Shown: positions 31,287 through 42,313, counted from the stretch's first letter. The stretch is 64,000 nucleotides of DNA from Gammaproteobacteria bacterium (GCA_009838035.1 VXSK01000022.1:2343-66342); one strand, 5' to 3'. The notes: generated by a model not told the origin, from the sequence alone. A program made the numbers and translations.

Positions 31287-31551
31287 AGTGTGCTGTCCCC
31301 TAAGTTCCTTGCCTTTCAGCGTGTCCCCTGTGGCGTGTGGCGAGGCGCGTTCCGCCGGGAATGGTGTCTTCCATTGCCAAGGGGCGCAACGCGGCCACGG
31401 GCCACAGGGGCCGCGCCCTACGGGAGCGGGCCTGAAGCGCCACTGCGGCGTTGTCGTCCTGGGCAATACGGGCGTATTCCCTGCGGACGGCGCCTTGCAT
31501 TGACGCTTCAGGCCCGCTCTGAAAGGCAAGGAACTTAGGGGACAGCACACT
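31287..31551. mobile_element. 265-bp MITE-like non-autonomous element with perfect 33-bp terminal inverted repeats and two internal hairpins
   Basis: AGTGTGCTGTCCCCTAAGTTCCTTGCCTTTCAG at 31287-31319; its exact reverse complement at 31519-31551. Internal IRs at 31325-31334/31401-31410 and 31424-31439/31504-31519. No clear target-site duplication. Confidence 0.65.
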
Positions 31552-31653
31552 GACAGTGTGCAAGCCGACGGGCGCGCGGCAAAGGGCGAATGGCGGCGCG
31601 TTTGCAAAGAAATGACGCGACACCGGCGTTTGCTGGGATAATGGGCGGCGACC

Positions 31654-32889
31654 ATGCACATCCTGACGAACAAGAAGATCCTGCTGGGCGTAAGCGGCAG
31701 CGTCGCCGCGTACCGTGCCCCGGAGCTGGCCCGCCGGCTGTCCGAGCATGGCGCGGAGGTTCGCGCGGTCCTGACCGAAGGCGGCGCGAAGCTGATTTCC
31801 CCGCTTTTGATGCAGGCCGTTACGGGTGCGCCGGCCCGCTGCTCGCTCTGGGACGAAGCGGCCGAGGCGGCGATGAGCCATATCGAGCTGGCGAGGTGGG
31901 CGGATTGCATCGTCATCGCCCCCGCTACCGCCAATACGATCGCGCGCCTGGCTCGCGGCGAAGCCTCCGACCTGCTCGGCACGGTATGCCTGGCGAGCAA
32001 TGCTCCGGTGCTGGTGGCGCCGGCCATGAATCGCAATATGTGGAGCAACCGGGCCACGCAGGAAAATTGCGCCTCGCTGCGCGAGCGCGGATGCGTACTG
32101 GTGGGTCCCGATCACGGACAGCAGGCCTGCGGCGACGTTGGCGAGGGTCGCATGAGCGCGGTTCCGGACATCATCGAGGCGCTGGAGCGGAGCGTCGGCG
32201 TGTCGGACCAACTGGCCGGGCAGCGGGTGCTGATTACGGCCGGACCGACGCGGGAACCGATCGATCCGGTGCGATTCCTGTCCAACCGGAGCACCGGGAC
32301 GATGGGATTCGAGCTTGCCGAAGCGGCGGCGCGGGCCGGCGCCGACGTTCAGTTGGTGACCGGACCCACTTCGCGGCCTACGCCGGCGGGAGTCGAGCGC
32401 CTGGACGTGGTCACTGCCGACGAAATGCTCAATGCTGTGATGGAGCGGGCGAACGACTGCCACGTTTTCATCGCCTGCGCTGCCGTGTCGGACTACACTC
32501 CGGCGCGTTACAGCACCAAAAAGCTGAAACGCCGGGACTCCGCGGAAGCGCTGGAACTGAAGCCGTCGCCCGACATTCTGGCCGGCGTGGCCCGACTGCC
32601 CGAGCGGCCTTTCCTGGTCGGCTTCGCCGCCGAGACCCAGCAGGTGGAGGAGAACGCGCGCGCCAAGCTTGAGTCCAAGGGCGTGGACATGGTGGTCGGC
32701 AACCGGGTCGGCGAGGATCGCGGGTTCGGGGACGTGGCGACGTCGGCGAGGGTCGTATGGGAAGGCGGCGGCCGGCGGATCGGGAAGTGCGCCAAGCCGG
32801 AGATGGCGCGGCAGTTGATCGGCCTGATCGCCGAACGCTGCGGACTGGAGAAAGTAACGCTGCTGCGGACCCGGAGTTCGGCGCAGTGA
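31654..32889 (+). CDS. coaBC: Bifunctional phosphopantothenoylcysteine decarboxylase/synthetase
   Basis: [64 protein letters not shown]. Confidence 0.95.
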   Translation: MHILTNKKILLGVSGSVAAYRAPELARRLSEHGAEVRAVLTEGGAKLISPLLMQAVTGAPARCSLWDEAAEAAMSHIELARWADCIVIAPATANTIARLARGEASDLLGTVCLASNAPVLVAPAMNRNMWSNRATQENCASLRERGCVLVGPDHGQQACGDVGEGRMSAVPDIIEALERSVGVSDQLAGQRVLITAGPTREPIDPVRFLSNRSTGTMGFELAEAAARAGADVQLVTGPTSRPTPAGVERLDVVTADEMLNAVMERANDCHVFIACAAVSDYTPARYSTKKLKRRDSAEALELKPSPDILAGVARLPERPFLVGFAAETQQVEENARAKLESKGVDMVVGNRVGEDRGFGDVATSARVVWEGGGRRIGKCAKPEMARQLIGLIAERCGLEKVTLLRTRSSAQ

Positions 32890-33362
32890 GCCGACCGGCG
32901 CGGCCCGCGGATCAGCGGGGTTGCGCGATCCAGCTACGGATTCTCAATGAAAGAGCCCGGCTGCCCCGTTATGAAACGCAGGGATCGGCCGGCATGGACC
33001 TTCGCGCCTGCCTGGACGAGCCGCTTACGCTGAAGCCGGGCGAGACCCGCCTCGTACATACGGGCATCGCGGTGCATATCGCCGATCCGGAACTGGCCGC
33101 GGTCATACTTCCGCGCTCCGGCCTCGGCCACAAGCACGGCGTAGTGCTCGGCAACCTGGTGGGACTGATCGACTCCGACTACCAGGGCGAGATCATGATG
33201 TCCTGCTGGAACCGCGGCGACAAACCCTTCGTGCTGGAGGACGGAATGCGGGTGGCGCAACTGGTGCTGTTGCCGGTAGCGCGGGCGGCCTTCGACGTGG
33301 TCGAAGAATTCACGGCATCCGAGCGGGGCGAGGGCGGCTTCGGCCACACCGGCCGCACCTGA
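32886..33362 (+). CDS. dut: dUTP pyrophosphatase
   Basis: [41 protein letters not shown] start overlaps the coaBC stop. Confidence 0.95.
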   Translation: MSRPARPADQRGCAIQLRILNERARLPRYETQGSAGMDLRACLDEPLTLKPGETRLVHTGIAVHIADPELAAVILPRSGLGHKHGVVLGNLVGLIDSDYQGEIMMSCWNRGDKPFVLEDGMRVAQLVLLPVARAAFDVVEEFTASERGEGGFGHTGRT

Positions 33363-33368
33363 GGAGGA

Positions 33369-34022
33369 TCAGGGCGCGCCGTATTTCTTTCGGTAAGCCG
33401 CGATCCGCTCTTGTGCGTCGGGGTCCATTCCGGTCGCGCGCATCGCACCGAGCAGGCTGTCCAGTCCGAATACGGAGCAGACGCCGATACCGAATACGTC
33501 AGCCAGTTCCCCGGCCGCGCTGAGCTTGCCGGAACCGCGTTCCTGCCGGTCCAGCAACAACAGCAAGCCCACGGGTTCGGCTCCGGCATCCCGCACAAGG
33601 CCCACCGCCTCGCGCGCGGAGGTGCCGGCGGTCAGCACGTCGTCGACGATCAGAACGCGGCCGCCCAGTGCCGCTCCCACCACGGCTCCGCCTTCGCCGT
33701 GGTCCTTGCGCTCCTTTCGGTTGTACGCGTACGGGACGTCCAGGCCGTAGCCCTGCGCCAGGGCCAGCGACGTAATGGCGGCCAGCGGTATGCCCTTGTA
33801 GGCCGCGCCGAAGAGCATGTCGAAACGCAGTCCCGACCCCATGGCCGCCTCCGCCAGGGCCTGGCCGGCCACCAGCGAACCGCGTCCGGTGCACAGCTTC
33901 GAGGAGTTGAAGAAATAAGGACTTGCCCGCCCGCCCTTGGTTGTGAATTCGCCGAACAGCAAGGCGCCGGTGTCGAGCGCAAGGCGCAGCAGATCGGCCT
34001 GGCTGGGACGCAGCACGCTCAC
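33369..34022 (-). CDS. pyrE: Orotate phosphoribosyltransferase
   Basis: FGEFTTKGGRASPYFFN, FGAAYKGIP, NRKERKDHGEGG, IVDDVLTAGTS. Confidence 0.95.
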   Translation of the reverse strand: MSVLRPSQADLLRLALDTGALLFGEFTTKGGRASPYFFNSSKLCTGRGSLVAGQALAEAAMGSGLRFDMLFGAAYKGIPLAAITSLALAQGYGLDVPYAYNRKERKDHGEGGAVVGAALGGRVLIVDDVLTAGTSAREAVGLVRDAGAEPVGLLLLLDRQERGSGKLSAAGELADVFGIGVCSVFGLDSLLGAMRATGMDPDAQERIAAYRKKYGAP

Positions 34023-34028
34023 TTCCGG

Positions 34029-34829
34029 TCAGTCTCCCCTGAATTCCGGTCGCTCGCGCTTCACGAATGCCTCGTAGGCGCGCCGGAAATCACCGGTCTG
34101 CATGCAGATGGCCTGCGCCTGCGCCTCCGACTCGATCGCAAGATCCAGCGGCATGTCCCACTCCAGGTTGAGCTGGTTCTTGGTGATCGCGTGCGCGAAG
34201 TTGGGACCGGACGCGAGTTGCCCGGCCCACTCCAGGCTTTCGTCCAGAAGCCGTTCCGGTTCCGCGAGGCGGTTGAAAAACCCGGTTTCCCGCGCCTCGT
34301 CGCCGCTCATCGAACGTCCGGTCAGCAACAATTCCGTTGCCCTCCCCTGCCCGATGATGCGCGGCAGCAGCGCGCAGGCCCCCATGTCGCAGCCCGCCAG
34401 TCCCACGCGGGTGAAAAGGAAAGCGGTCCGGCTACGCGCCGTGCCGACCCTTAGATCGGCGGCCATGGCGATCGCCGCCCCGGCCCCCGCGCAAATGCCG
34501 TCGACGGCGGCGATGACGGGCAGGGGGCAGGAGCGCATGGCCTTCACCAGGTCGCCGGTCATGCGTGTGAAGTTCAGGAGATTCGTCCCGTCCATTTCCA
34601 GCAGCGGGCCGATGATCTCGTGCACGTCTCCGCCGGAGCAGAAATTGCCGCCGGCGCCATGTATCACGACTGCGCGCGGCTCCGCATTGCGATCCAGCGA
34701 CCTGAAGGTGTCCCGGAGTTCCGCATAGGAGTCGAACGTCAGCGGGTTCTTGCGTTCCGGGCGATTGAGCGTAATGACGGCCACGCGCCCACGCAATTCC
34801 ATCAGGAAATGCTCGGGACTGAAGTTCAT
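34029..34829 (-). CDS. Enoyl-CoA hydratase/isomerase family protein
   Basis: [49 protein letters not shown]. Typical partner of aminobenzoyl-CoA monooxygenase clusters. Confidence 0.9.
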   Translation of the reverse strand: MNFSPEHFLMELRGRVAVITLNRPERKNPLTFDSYAELRDTFRSLDRNAEPRAVVIHGAGGNFCSGGDVHEIIGPLLEMDGTNLLNFTRMTGDLVKAMRSCPLPVIAAVDGICAGAGAAIAMAADLRVGTARSRTAFLFTRVGLAGCDMGACALLPRIIGQGRATELLLTGRSMSGDEARETGFFNRLAEPERLLDESLEWAGQLASGPNFAHAITKNQLNLEWDMPLDLAIESEAQAQAICMQTGDFRRAYEAFVKRERPEFRGD

Positions 34830-37111
34830 ATGTCCGCTTCCTGCAACAGTGCCGCCCGGGCCGCAAGGCGCTCGGCCTGTTCTTTGCCCGACAGGTATTG
34901 TATGGGCCAATGCTGCCGGCCGTGGCCCAAGGCCGTGGAGGCGTGCAGCGTCCAGTACGGGTCGCTGAGATGCGGCCTGGCCAGCGCGCACAGGTCGGCT
35001 CGGCCGGCGGCCAGGATACTGTTGACGTGGTCGGTCTCGTAGATGTTCCCGACCGCGATCGTTGGCACGCCGGCCTCGTTGCGGATCCGGTCCGAGTACG
35101 GCGTCTGGAACATGCGGCCGTAGACCGGCCGCGCGCGGGTGGAGGTCTGTCCCGCCGATACGTGAATGATGTCCGCGCCGGCCGCGGTCATGGCGCGCGC
35201 GATCTCAACCGAATCCTCGCCGGTCACGCCGCTCTTGACCCAGTCGGTGGCCGAAATCCGCACCGACAGGGGCCGCTCGTCGGGCCAGATGCCGCGCACG
35301 GCTTCCAGCACCTCCAGCGGGAACCGCAGGCGGCGCCTGAGCGACCCGCCGTATTGGTCGCGGCGCCGGTTGGACAGCGGAGAGATGAACGAGGACAGCA
35401 GATAGCCGTGGGCGCAATGCAGCTCCAGCCAGTCGAAGCCGGCCTCAATGCCGAGCCGGGCCGCTTGCCGGAATTGTTCCACGACCTCGTCCATGTCGGC
35501 GCGGGTCATGGGGCGGGGAACCTGGCCGCCACGCCGGTAGGTTTTCTCCGATGGCCCCATCACCGGCCAGTTCCCGGATTCCAGCGGCTGGTCCATTCCG
35601 TCCCACATCAGGCGGGTGGAGCCCTTGGGGCCCGAGTGCCCGATCTGCAGTGCAATACGGGCCTCGCTGTGTTCGTGCACGAAGTCGACGATGCGCCGGT
35701 AGGCATCGGCGTGTTCCCGGCGGTACACGCCGGCGCAGCCCGGCGTGATCCGCCCCTCGGGAGACACGCAACTCATTTCGGTGAACACCAGTCCCGCGCC
35801 GCCCTGCGCGCGCGACCCCAGGTGCACGAGGTGAAAGTCGCCTACGGTTCCGTCCACCGCGCTGTACATGTCCATCGGCGCCACCACCACGCGGTTGGAC
35901 AGTTCCAGGTCCTTGATTCGAAAAGGCACGAACATCGGCGCGACCGCGCGTGCGCTGCCCGTTTCCCGCCGGCTGTACCAGCGCTCCATCCGCTTGAGCC
36001 AGCGGCTGTCGCGCAGCCTCAGGTTCTCGTGGCTTACCCGCTGGCTGCGGGTCAGCAGCGAATAGTTGAACTGCTGCGGCGCGAAGCGCGCATAGCGGGG
36101 CACGTTCTCGAACCACTCGGTGGAATTGCGCGCCGCCGACTGCAGCTTGATCACCTCCAGCCTGCGGCTCTCCTCGTATTCCTGGAGCGCCTCGTCGGTG
36201 GCGCCGCCGCCGTTGAGCGCCTCGGCCAGCTCGATGGCGTCCTCCAGCCCCAGCTTGGTGCCGGAGCCGATCGAGAAATGGGCTGTGTGCGCCGCGTCCC
36301 CCGCCAGGATCAGGTTGCGGTAGCGCCACTTCCCGCAGTGCACCCGGCGGAAGTTCAGCCAGGCGTGGCCCTCGATATGGCCGGCGTTGCTCACCAGCCG
36401 GTGTCCGCCCAGATGTCGCGCGAATATCTTTTCCAGCGCCCGGCAGTTCTCCTCCTGGCCCATTTCGCCGAACCCGAGCCGCTCCCAGGCGCCCGAGCTG
36501 CACTCGGGGATAAAGGTCGAAAAACCGTCCTCGAAGCGGTAGGCGTGCGCCCAGATCCAGCCCTCCTCAAGTTCTTTGAATATGAAGTTGAAGGCCTCGA
36601 AGTGCTTTTGCGTGCCAAGCCACTGGAAGTAATTGGGCCGGGTCTGGATCTCCACGTCGAAGTGCGGAGCGTAAGCCTGGCGAAAGCGGCTGTTGACGCC
36701 GTCGGTGGCAACGACTAGGTCGTGGTCGCGATACAGGTCGAGGTCCGGTTCCGCCTCGGTTTCGAAGCGCAGTTCGGCGCCCAGTTCAGAAGCCCGGCGC
36801 TGGAGGATGCGCAGCAGCCGCTTGCGCCCGATTCCGCAGAAGCCGTGACCGCCGGACAGAAGCTTGCGGCCCCGAAAGTGCACCTCGATGTCGTCCCAGT
36901 GGGTGAACCGCCCGCGGATTTCGCCGGCGGTCTTTGGGTCGTTTTCGGTCAGGTTGTCGAGCGTCGCGTCGGAAAACACCACGCCCCAGCCGAAGGTGTC
37001 GTCGGGCCGGTTGCGTTCCAGCACCGTGATTCGGTGACTCGACGAGCGCCGCAGCATCGAAATGGCCAGGTACAGCCCGGTCGGTCCGCCGCCCGCAATC
37101 AATAAGCGCAT
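34826..37111 (-). CDS. Bifunctional anthraniloyl-CoA/salicylyl-CoA monooxygenase-reductase (flavin hydroxylase + OYE-like domain)
   Basis: [35 protein letters not shown] in the N half. [33 protein letters not shown] in the C half. Confidence 0.88.
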   Translation of the reverse strand: MRLLIAGGGPTGLYLAISMLRRSSSHRITVLERNRPDDTFGWGVVFSDATLDNLTENDPKTAGEIRGRFTHWDDIEVHFRGRKLLSGGHGFCGIGRKRLLRILQRRASELGAELRFETEAEPDLDLYRDHDLVVATDGVNSRFRQAYAPHFDVEIQTRPNYFQWLGTQKHFEAFNFIFKELEEGWIWAHAYRFEDGFSTFIPECSSGAWERLGFGEMGQEENCRALEKIFARHLGGHRLVSNAGHIEGHAWLNFRRVHCGKWRYRNLILAGDAAHTAHFSIGSGTKLGLEDAIELAEALNGGGATDEALQEYEESRRLEVIKLQSAARNSTEWFENVPRYARFAPQQFNYSLLTRSQRVSHENLRLRDSRWLKRMERWYSRRETGSARAVAPMFVPFRIKDLELSNRVVVAPMDMYSAVDGTVGDFHLVHLGSRAQGGAGLVFTEMSCVSPEGRITPGCAGVYRREHADAYRRIVDFVHEHSEARIALQIGHSGPKGSTRLMWDGMDQPLESGNWPVMGPSEKTYRRGGQVPRPMTRADMDEVVEQFRQAARLGIEAGFDWLELHCAHGYLLSSFISPLSNRRRDQYGGSLRRRLRFPLEVLEAVRGIWPDERPLSVRISATDWVKSGVTGEDSVEIARAMTAAGADIIHVSAGQTSTRARPVYGRMFQTPYSDRIRNEAGVPTIAVGNIYETDHVNSILAAGRADLCALARPHLSDPYWTLHASTALGHGRQHWPIQYLSGKEQAERLAARAALLQEADI

Positions 37112-37204
37112 CCGCTCAGTTTATCCGCTACGCGGTATCGGGCGCGACGGTCCGGAGGGCCTTATACTCTTGCGTCCATCCCAACGAGGAGGAGGCGGGA
37201 GACA

Positions 37205-38689
37205 GTGAGGAAATTCAATCGGCGGGACGCGGTAAAGGGCATCGGCGCCACCGCATTCGTGCTGGCCGGCTGCGGCCGGAGCCCCAGCAACGAAGACAAT
37301 GCGGCTGCAAACGGTAACGGATTGCCGGCGACGGACAGCGATGTGATCGTGATCGGCGCCGGGCTGTCCGGCCTGCAGGCGGCGCGGCTGCTCGAGTCGG
37401 AAGGCCTGAGCGTCAAGGTGCTGGAATCGCGCAACCGCGTGGGCGGGCGGGTCCTGTCCTACCGGCATATACCCGGTTCGCCCGAAGCCGGAGGCACGAG
37501 TTTCGGGGCCGGCTACGCGCGCCTGATGCAGGTCATCCAGGAGCTCGGCGTAGGGCTGGTGAACCTGGACGCGATGGTCGAGTTCTTCCGCGTGCGCACA
37601 CTGGCCCTGAATGGCGAGATCATTCCCATGGAGGAATGGCCCACGCACGCATTGAACCCGCTGCCCGAGCAGTCCCGCCAGTTCCCGCCCTGGGCCTACC
37701 TGAATTTCAAGATGTTTACGAATAACCCGTATCCCACGACGCCGGATTGGGTATCGCCCGAGTTTGCTCACCTCGACGTGTCGCTGCGCGAATACCTGAC
37801 CGGTCAGGGCGAGACCGATGCCGTTGTCGATCTCTGCTACAACAACAACCCGGGCTGGGGCAACAACGCCGACGAGGTGTCCGCCGCACTCGTGTTGTTC
37901 GCGATGCGGTTCGGGGCCGCTGTGGAGGGGTTTACCGGTCCGGACGGCGGGTCCGCGTACACGGCTGTGAACGGCAACCAGTCGATACCCGAGGCCATGG
38001 CCGCTGCGCTGAACTCGGAGGTGCTGCTGGAGCGCCGCGTCACGGGCATCACCGATACCGGTTCCCGCGTCGAAGTGCATTGCGAGGACGGCAGCCGTCA
38101 TTACGCCGGCCGCGTGGTCTGCTCGCTCCCATGCTCCCTGCTGCGTCATCTGAACCTGGAGCCCGGGCTTGAAGGATTGCAGGCCGAGGCGGCACAAAAC
38201 GTCGATTCCCAGATACTCAACCAATTGCACATGGTCGCGAAGCGTCCCTTCTGGGAGGACGACGGCCTTTCGCCCAACATGTGGACCGATTCGCTCGCCG
38301 GAATGGTGGTCGGCGAGCGCAAGGGCGACACGCCGGACGAAGTCACCAGCCTCACGAGCTGGACGCGCGGCGCGCTGGCGGTGGAGCAGGATCGATTGTC
38401 GGACGATGAAGCCGCCGCCCATATCGTTGCGGACATCGAGCGCCTGCGCCCGGCCGCCAAGGGCCAGCTTGAGGTCATGGCCTACCAGTCGTGGTACAAC
38501 GATCCCGACTCGGCGGGCGACTGGGCGGTCTGGAAGCCGGGCCAGGTCATGAAGTACGCACCCGAGGTGGGCAAGCAGCATGGCCGGGTGCACTTCTGCG
38601 GCGAACACACGGCCGTGGCCAACCGCGGCATGGAAGGAGCGCTGGAGTCCGGCGACCGCGTCGCCTTCGAAGTGCTCGACTTGATCTGA
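37205..38689 (+). CDS. Flavin monoamine oxidase family protein with Tat/lipoprotein signal
   Basis: NRRDAVK...LAGC; IGAGLSGL..A, ESRNRVGGRV, VHFCGEHT, GMEGALESG. Confidence 0.85.
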   Translation: MRKFNRRDAVKGIGATAFVLAGCGRSPSNEDNAAANGNGLPATDSDVIVIGAGLSGLQAARLLESEGLSVKVLESRNRVGGRVLSYRHIPGSPEAGGTSFGAGYARLMQVIQELGVGLVNLDAMVEFFRVRTLALNGEIIPMEEWPTHALNPLPEQSRQFPPWAYLNFKMFTNNPYPTTPDWVSPEFAHLDVSLREYLTGQGETDAVVDLCYNNNPGWGNNADEVSAALVLFAMRFGAAVEGFTGPDGGSAYTAVNGNQSIPEAMAAALNSEVLLERRVTGITDTGSRVEVHCEDGSRHYAGRVVCSLPCSLLRHLNLEPGLEGLQAEAAQNVDSQILNQLHMVAKRPFWEDDGLSPNMWTDSLAGMVVGERKGDTPDEVTSLTSWTRGALAVEQDRLSDDEAAAHIVADIERLRPAAKGQLEVMAYQSWYNDPDSAGDWAVWKPGQVMKYAPEVGKQHGRVHFCGEHTAVANRGMEGALESGDRVAFEVLDLI

Positions 38690-38788
38690 TTCCCATGATC
38701 GAAACCCGGGAGCGAGGTCATGCCCCTCGCGGCGTCCCGCCCGCACTCCTGATACGCGGTAAATGAGCGCTTCGGCCTGGTCCCCTGC

Positions 38789-40042
38789 ATGCTTGAGGTA
38801 GCACCTTTCAGCGCATTGCGTCCCTCGCCGGGACAGGCTTCCGAGACCATCGCTCCGCCGTACGACGTAGTGAGCATTGACGAAGCCCGAGCACGAATCG
38901 CCGGTCGGCCCCACGATTTCTTCCGCCTTTCGCTGCCGGAGGCTGCCATGTCCGACTCCGACAACAGCGGGCCGGAGCAGCACTACGCCAAGGCGCGTCG
39001 GACGCTTGATGAATTCCTGGCGAGCGGCGTGATCGCCCGTGATGCCAAACCGGCCTATTACCTATATCGGGTACGGAGCGGGGACCATGCGCAAACCGGA
39101 ATCGTGCTGCTGGTTTCGGTGGAGAGCTATCGCGCGGGCACGCTGCGCCGCCACGAACTGACCCGTCCCGACAAGGAAACGGTGCGTTCAAGGCTGATCC
39201 AGGCGCTGGAATCGCAGACCGGGCTGGTCATGCTGGCGCACCGCGCGCATGAAGGCCTGGCTGCGCTGATTGCCGCAGCAACGCAGGTTGCCCCCGATTG
39301 CGAAGCAACCCTGGAGCAGGGCGGTGCGGTTACCGAGCACAGCGTCTGGGTGGTGGATGACGAGTCCTCAATGGAGCGGATCACGAAGGCGTTTGCCGAT
39401 CTGGGCGAGTTGTACATCGCCGATGGCCACCACCGCGTTGCCGCGGGCAATCGGGCCGCGGCGGCGCATGATGGACGGCCCGAAGCGCAGTGGCTGATCG
39501 GGGCCACCTTTCCTGCCGACGAATTGAGGATCCTCGACTACAACCGTGTCGTCTCGGGCCTGAACGGGTACAGCCCCGCGTCGTTCCTTGAAGCGTTGTC
39601 CGCCTGTTTCGAGGTGACCGCTTCGCCAGGACCGGCACGACCCGCTCGATCCCGCGAATACGGACTCTACCTGGACGGCAACTGGCACCGGGCGCGGCTG
39701 CGTGCGGGCCTTGCGCCGGAAGACGATCCCGTCGGCAGCCTGGACGTAAGCCTGCTGGGGAAACATCTGCTGGCGCCGATTCTGGGAATCGAGGATTCGC
39801 GTACCGACCCGCGGATCGACTTCGTGGGCGGCGCGCGTGGTCTTGAAGAACTGGAGCGGCGCGTGGACGGAGGCGACGTGTCGGTTGCCGTAGCGCTCTA
39901 CCCCACGCCCATGCAGGCCCTGATGGACGTGGCGGGCGCCGGCGAGATCATGCCGCCCAAGTCCACCTGGTTCGAACCCAAGCTCGCCGACGGATTGTTG
40001 GCCTATAGTTGGGCCACGGAGGTGACTGAAAATGTCCGATGA
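38789..40042 (+). CDS. DUF1015 family protein
   Basis: APPYDVV, RRHELTRPDKE, YIADGHHR, ILDYNRVV, MPPKSTWFEPKLADGL. Confidence 0.85.
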   Translation: MLEVAPFSALRPSPGQASETIAPPYDVVSIDEARARIAGRPHDFFRLSLPEAAMSDSDNSGPEQHYAKARRTLDEFLASGVIARDAKPAYYLYRVRSGDHAQTGIVLLVSVESYRAGTLRRHELTRPDKETVRSRLIQALESQTGLVMLAHRAHEGLAALIAAATQVAPDCEATLEQGGAVTEHSVWVVDDESSMERITKAFADLGELYIADGHHRVAAGNRAAAAHDGRPEAQWLIGATFPADELRILDYNRVVSGLNGYSPASFLEALSACFEVTASPGPARPARSREYGLYLDGNWHRARLRAGLAPEDDPVGSLDVSLLGKHLLAPILGIEDSRTDPRIDFVGGARGLEELERRVDGGDVSVAVALYPTPMQALMDVAGAGEIMPPKSTWFEPKLADGLLAYSWATEVTENVR

Positions 40043-40232
40043 AAACGCTCTGGCGGAAGCCAACGAGATCGATGATGAAGTGAAGTTCGCGCCGGATGCG
40101 GCGCCTTTTATCGAGCGCATTCCCGGCTTTGTCCGCGGCGTGGCGCTGAAGTCCATGATCGCCAAGGCCAAGGAGAAGGGCGTCACTCTGATCGACGGCG
40201 CGTTCATGGACGAGAACAACCCCATGAAGTAG
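40032..40232 (+). CDS. Small stand-alone PCP_red-like domain protein (66 aa)
   Basis: F.PDA...IERIPGFVRG.ALK.M...AKEKG...I matches the BchB/ChlB C-terminal domain pattern. Host-like codon usage; overlaps the DUF1015 stop. Confidence 0.6.
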   Translation: MSDENALAEANEIDDEVKFAPDAAPFIERIPGFVRGVALKSMIAKAKEKGVTLIDGAFMDENNPMK

Positions 40233-40326
40233 CCCTGGAAGCGAGGGCATCTCGCCCTCGAAAGAGGCGCGCTATCATCCATCCCCGCCCCATAGGCATG
40301 CCACAAGTTAGGGAGAGGAGGGACAA

Positions 40327-41232
40327 ATGGGACAATTTGCATTGAATCGGCGCGAAGCCATTTTGGCGGGCGCCGGAACCGCGCTGACGGGCGGCGTGCT
40401 TACCGGATGCGCGGCCGAGACGCCGCTGGATCTGGAACTGGACCTCGAAGACCCTGCCGTCCGCGCCCGCGTGCGCGCCAAGGTATCGGGTTCCGCCGCG
40501 GAGGAAACGGTCTACAGGTTCTACCGCCTGCATCTCTACGCCTACATGAACGACGGCAACCTCATACCGCTGTTCACGATGAATAACCTGAACGTCACGC
40601 AGTGCAGTCCGCTGGAGGACAACCAGTACGCATTCAAGGTGTTCGAGTGCGGCGTCTATTGCAAGTTCGACACGGACGAGGTGCTGGAGTCCTGGGAAAA
40701 CCCGATTACGGGAGAAGTCAGGGAGCCCTGGACGTTCCTCGGCGGACCGCTGAATGTGAAAATGGGTCCCGACGGGGTGGAGACTCCGCCGGAGGCCACG
40801 GTCCACCCAACGCCCCTGCGCATGGAAACATACGGCGGCATGGTCTTCGTGCCCATTGCCTCGCATTTTTCGTATCCCAGCCCGTTCGACCCGGAAGAAT
40901 GGCCGAAGGAATCGCCCGGCCGCACCCACTACTGGGATTCCCTGTTCGTCCACGCCGCAAGGCTGGAGGACGTGGCCAATCCGGAAATCAACAACGCGCC
41001 GGCCTTCTGCCAGTTCCAGAACCTGGTGAGCTGGGGACCGTGGGTCGGCATGGGCGGCCACGAAGGCCGCAGTTACGGCCGGGCCTACGGCACAAAGCTG
41101 GCCAGCATCGACGAACTACCGGCCGGGGCCCGGAAGTCGCTGGAACTGAAGGCGCCGAAAATCTTCGACGTGGAGAACTGGACCGAGTACCACGACTACA
41201 TAGAGGAATACAAGGACACCTACGGGTCGTAG
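40327..41232 (+). CDS. Tat-exported lipoprotein, probably DUF1838 family
   Basis: NRREAILAG...LTGC signal; EVLESWENPITGE, FCQFQNLVSWGPWVGMG resemble DUF1838 proteins. Confidence 0.55.
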   Translation: MGQFALNRREAILAGAGTALTGGVLTGCAAETPLDLELDLEDPAVRARVRAKVSGSAAEETVYRFYRLHLYAYMNDGNLIPLFTMNNLNVTQCSPLEDNQYAFKVFECGVYCKFDTDEVLESWENPITGEVREPWTFLGGPLNVKMGPDGVETPPEATVHPTPLRMETYGGMVFVPIASHFSYPSPFDPEEWPKESPGRTHYWDSLFVHAARLEDVANPEINNAPAFCQFQNLVSWGPWVGMGGHEGRSYGRAYGTKLASIDELPAGARKSLELKAPKIFDVENWTEYHDYIEEYKDTYGS

Positions 41233-41255
41233 CCGCGCGGGAACGGGCGCGCGCC

Positions 41256-42296
41256 ATGAAAGTCTTTGAAATAGGGGACTACAGCGAGGGCCTGGCCCTG
41301 CATGCGGTTGAGCGGCCCGAGCCCGTTCCCGGCCACGGCGAAGCGGTCATGCGGGTGCGCGCCACCGGCATCAACGCCCGCGACCTCACCATCATGCACG
41401 GCAGTCTGGGCAAGACCGTCATGCCTTATACCCGCGTCCCGCTGAGCGACAATGCCGGCGACATCATCGCGGTCGGCGCCGGCGTGGGAAACGTCCGGGT
41501 CGGCGACCGGGTGACCATGAGCCATTACTGGCAATGGCTGGACGGCGACTGGCACGCGTCCATGTCGGAACAGGACTACTCCGCCACCGTCGACGGTTTT
41601 CTCGCCGAGCAGGTCGTCGTGCCGGCGGCGGCGCTGATCAGGCTGCCCGACAGCCTGAGTTACGAGGAGGCCAGCACCCTGCAAAGCCCGGGCCTCACTG
41701 CCTGGAACGCCGTGGTGGAAGCGGGTGCGGCCAGGGCCAGCGATACGGTCCTGACCCTGGGTTCCGGCGCGGTGTCCGTGTTCGGAATGCAATGGGCCAA
41801 GATGCTGGGCGCGCGATGCATCATGACGTCATCGAGCGACGCGAAGCTTGCCCGCCTGAAGGAACTTGGCGCCGATCTCGGCGTGAACTACCGCACCAGC
41901 CCGGACTGGCCCGCGGAGGTGCTGGAACTCACCGATGGCGAGGGCGCGGACATCATTCTCAACAATGTGGGTTTAGGCGAAATGGAGAACTGCCTGATGG
42001 CCGCCGCCTCCAACGGCCGCATCATGCACATCGGCGCCAACCCGGTGGTCCACCACCAGGAACCGCAGGAGCCCCCGGTCCTGACGAAGCTGCCGAACCT
42101 CATTCTCAAGAACCTCACCGTTAGGGGCATCATCGTTGGCAGCCGGCGCATGTTCACGGACCTCATCCGGGCCATGGTCCGCAACGACATCAGGCCCGTC
42201 ATCGACCGCGTCTTCGACTGGGACGACATCTACGACGCGATCGACTACATGCAAAGCGGCCAGAAGATCGGCAAGATCGTCATCCGGGTCACGTAG
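41256..42296 (+). CDS. NAD(P)-dependent medium-chain dehydrogenase/reductase (QOR/MDR7-like)
   Basis: VRATGINARD, VPLSDNAGDI..VG.GV..V.VGDRV, LGSGAVS, IRPVIDRVF, IGKIVI. Start ATG 41256. Confidence 0.85.
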   Translation: MKVFEIGDYSEGLALHAVERPEPVPGHGEAVMRVRATGINARDLTIMHGSLGKTVMPYTRVPLSDNAGDIIAVGAGVGNVRVGDRVTMSHYWQWLDGDWHASMSEQDYSATVDGFLAEQVVVPAAALIRLPDSLSYEEASTLQSPGLTAWNAVVEAGAARASDTVLTLGSGAVSVFGMQWAKMLGARCIMTSSSDAKLARLKELGADLGVNYRTSPDWPAEVLELTDGEGADIILNNVGLGEMENCLMAAASNGRIMHIGANPVVHHQEPQEPPVLTKLPNLILKNLTVRGIIVGSRRMFTDLIRAMVRNDIRPVIDRVFDWDDIYDAIDYMQSGQKIGKIVIRVT

Positions 42297-42313
42297 CGCC
42301 ACGTGCAAGAAAG

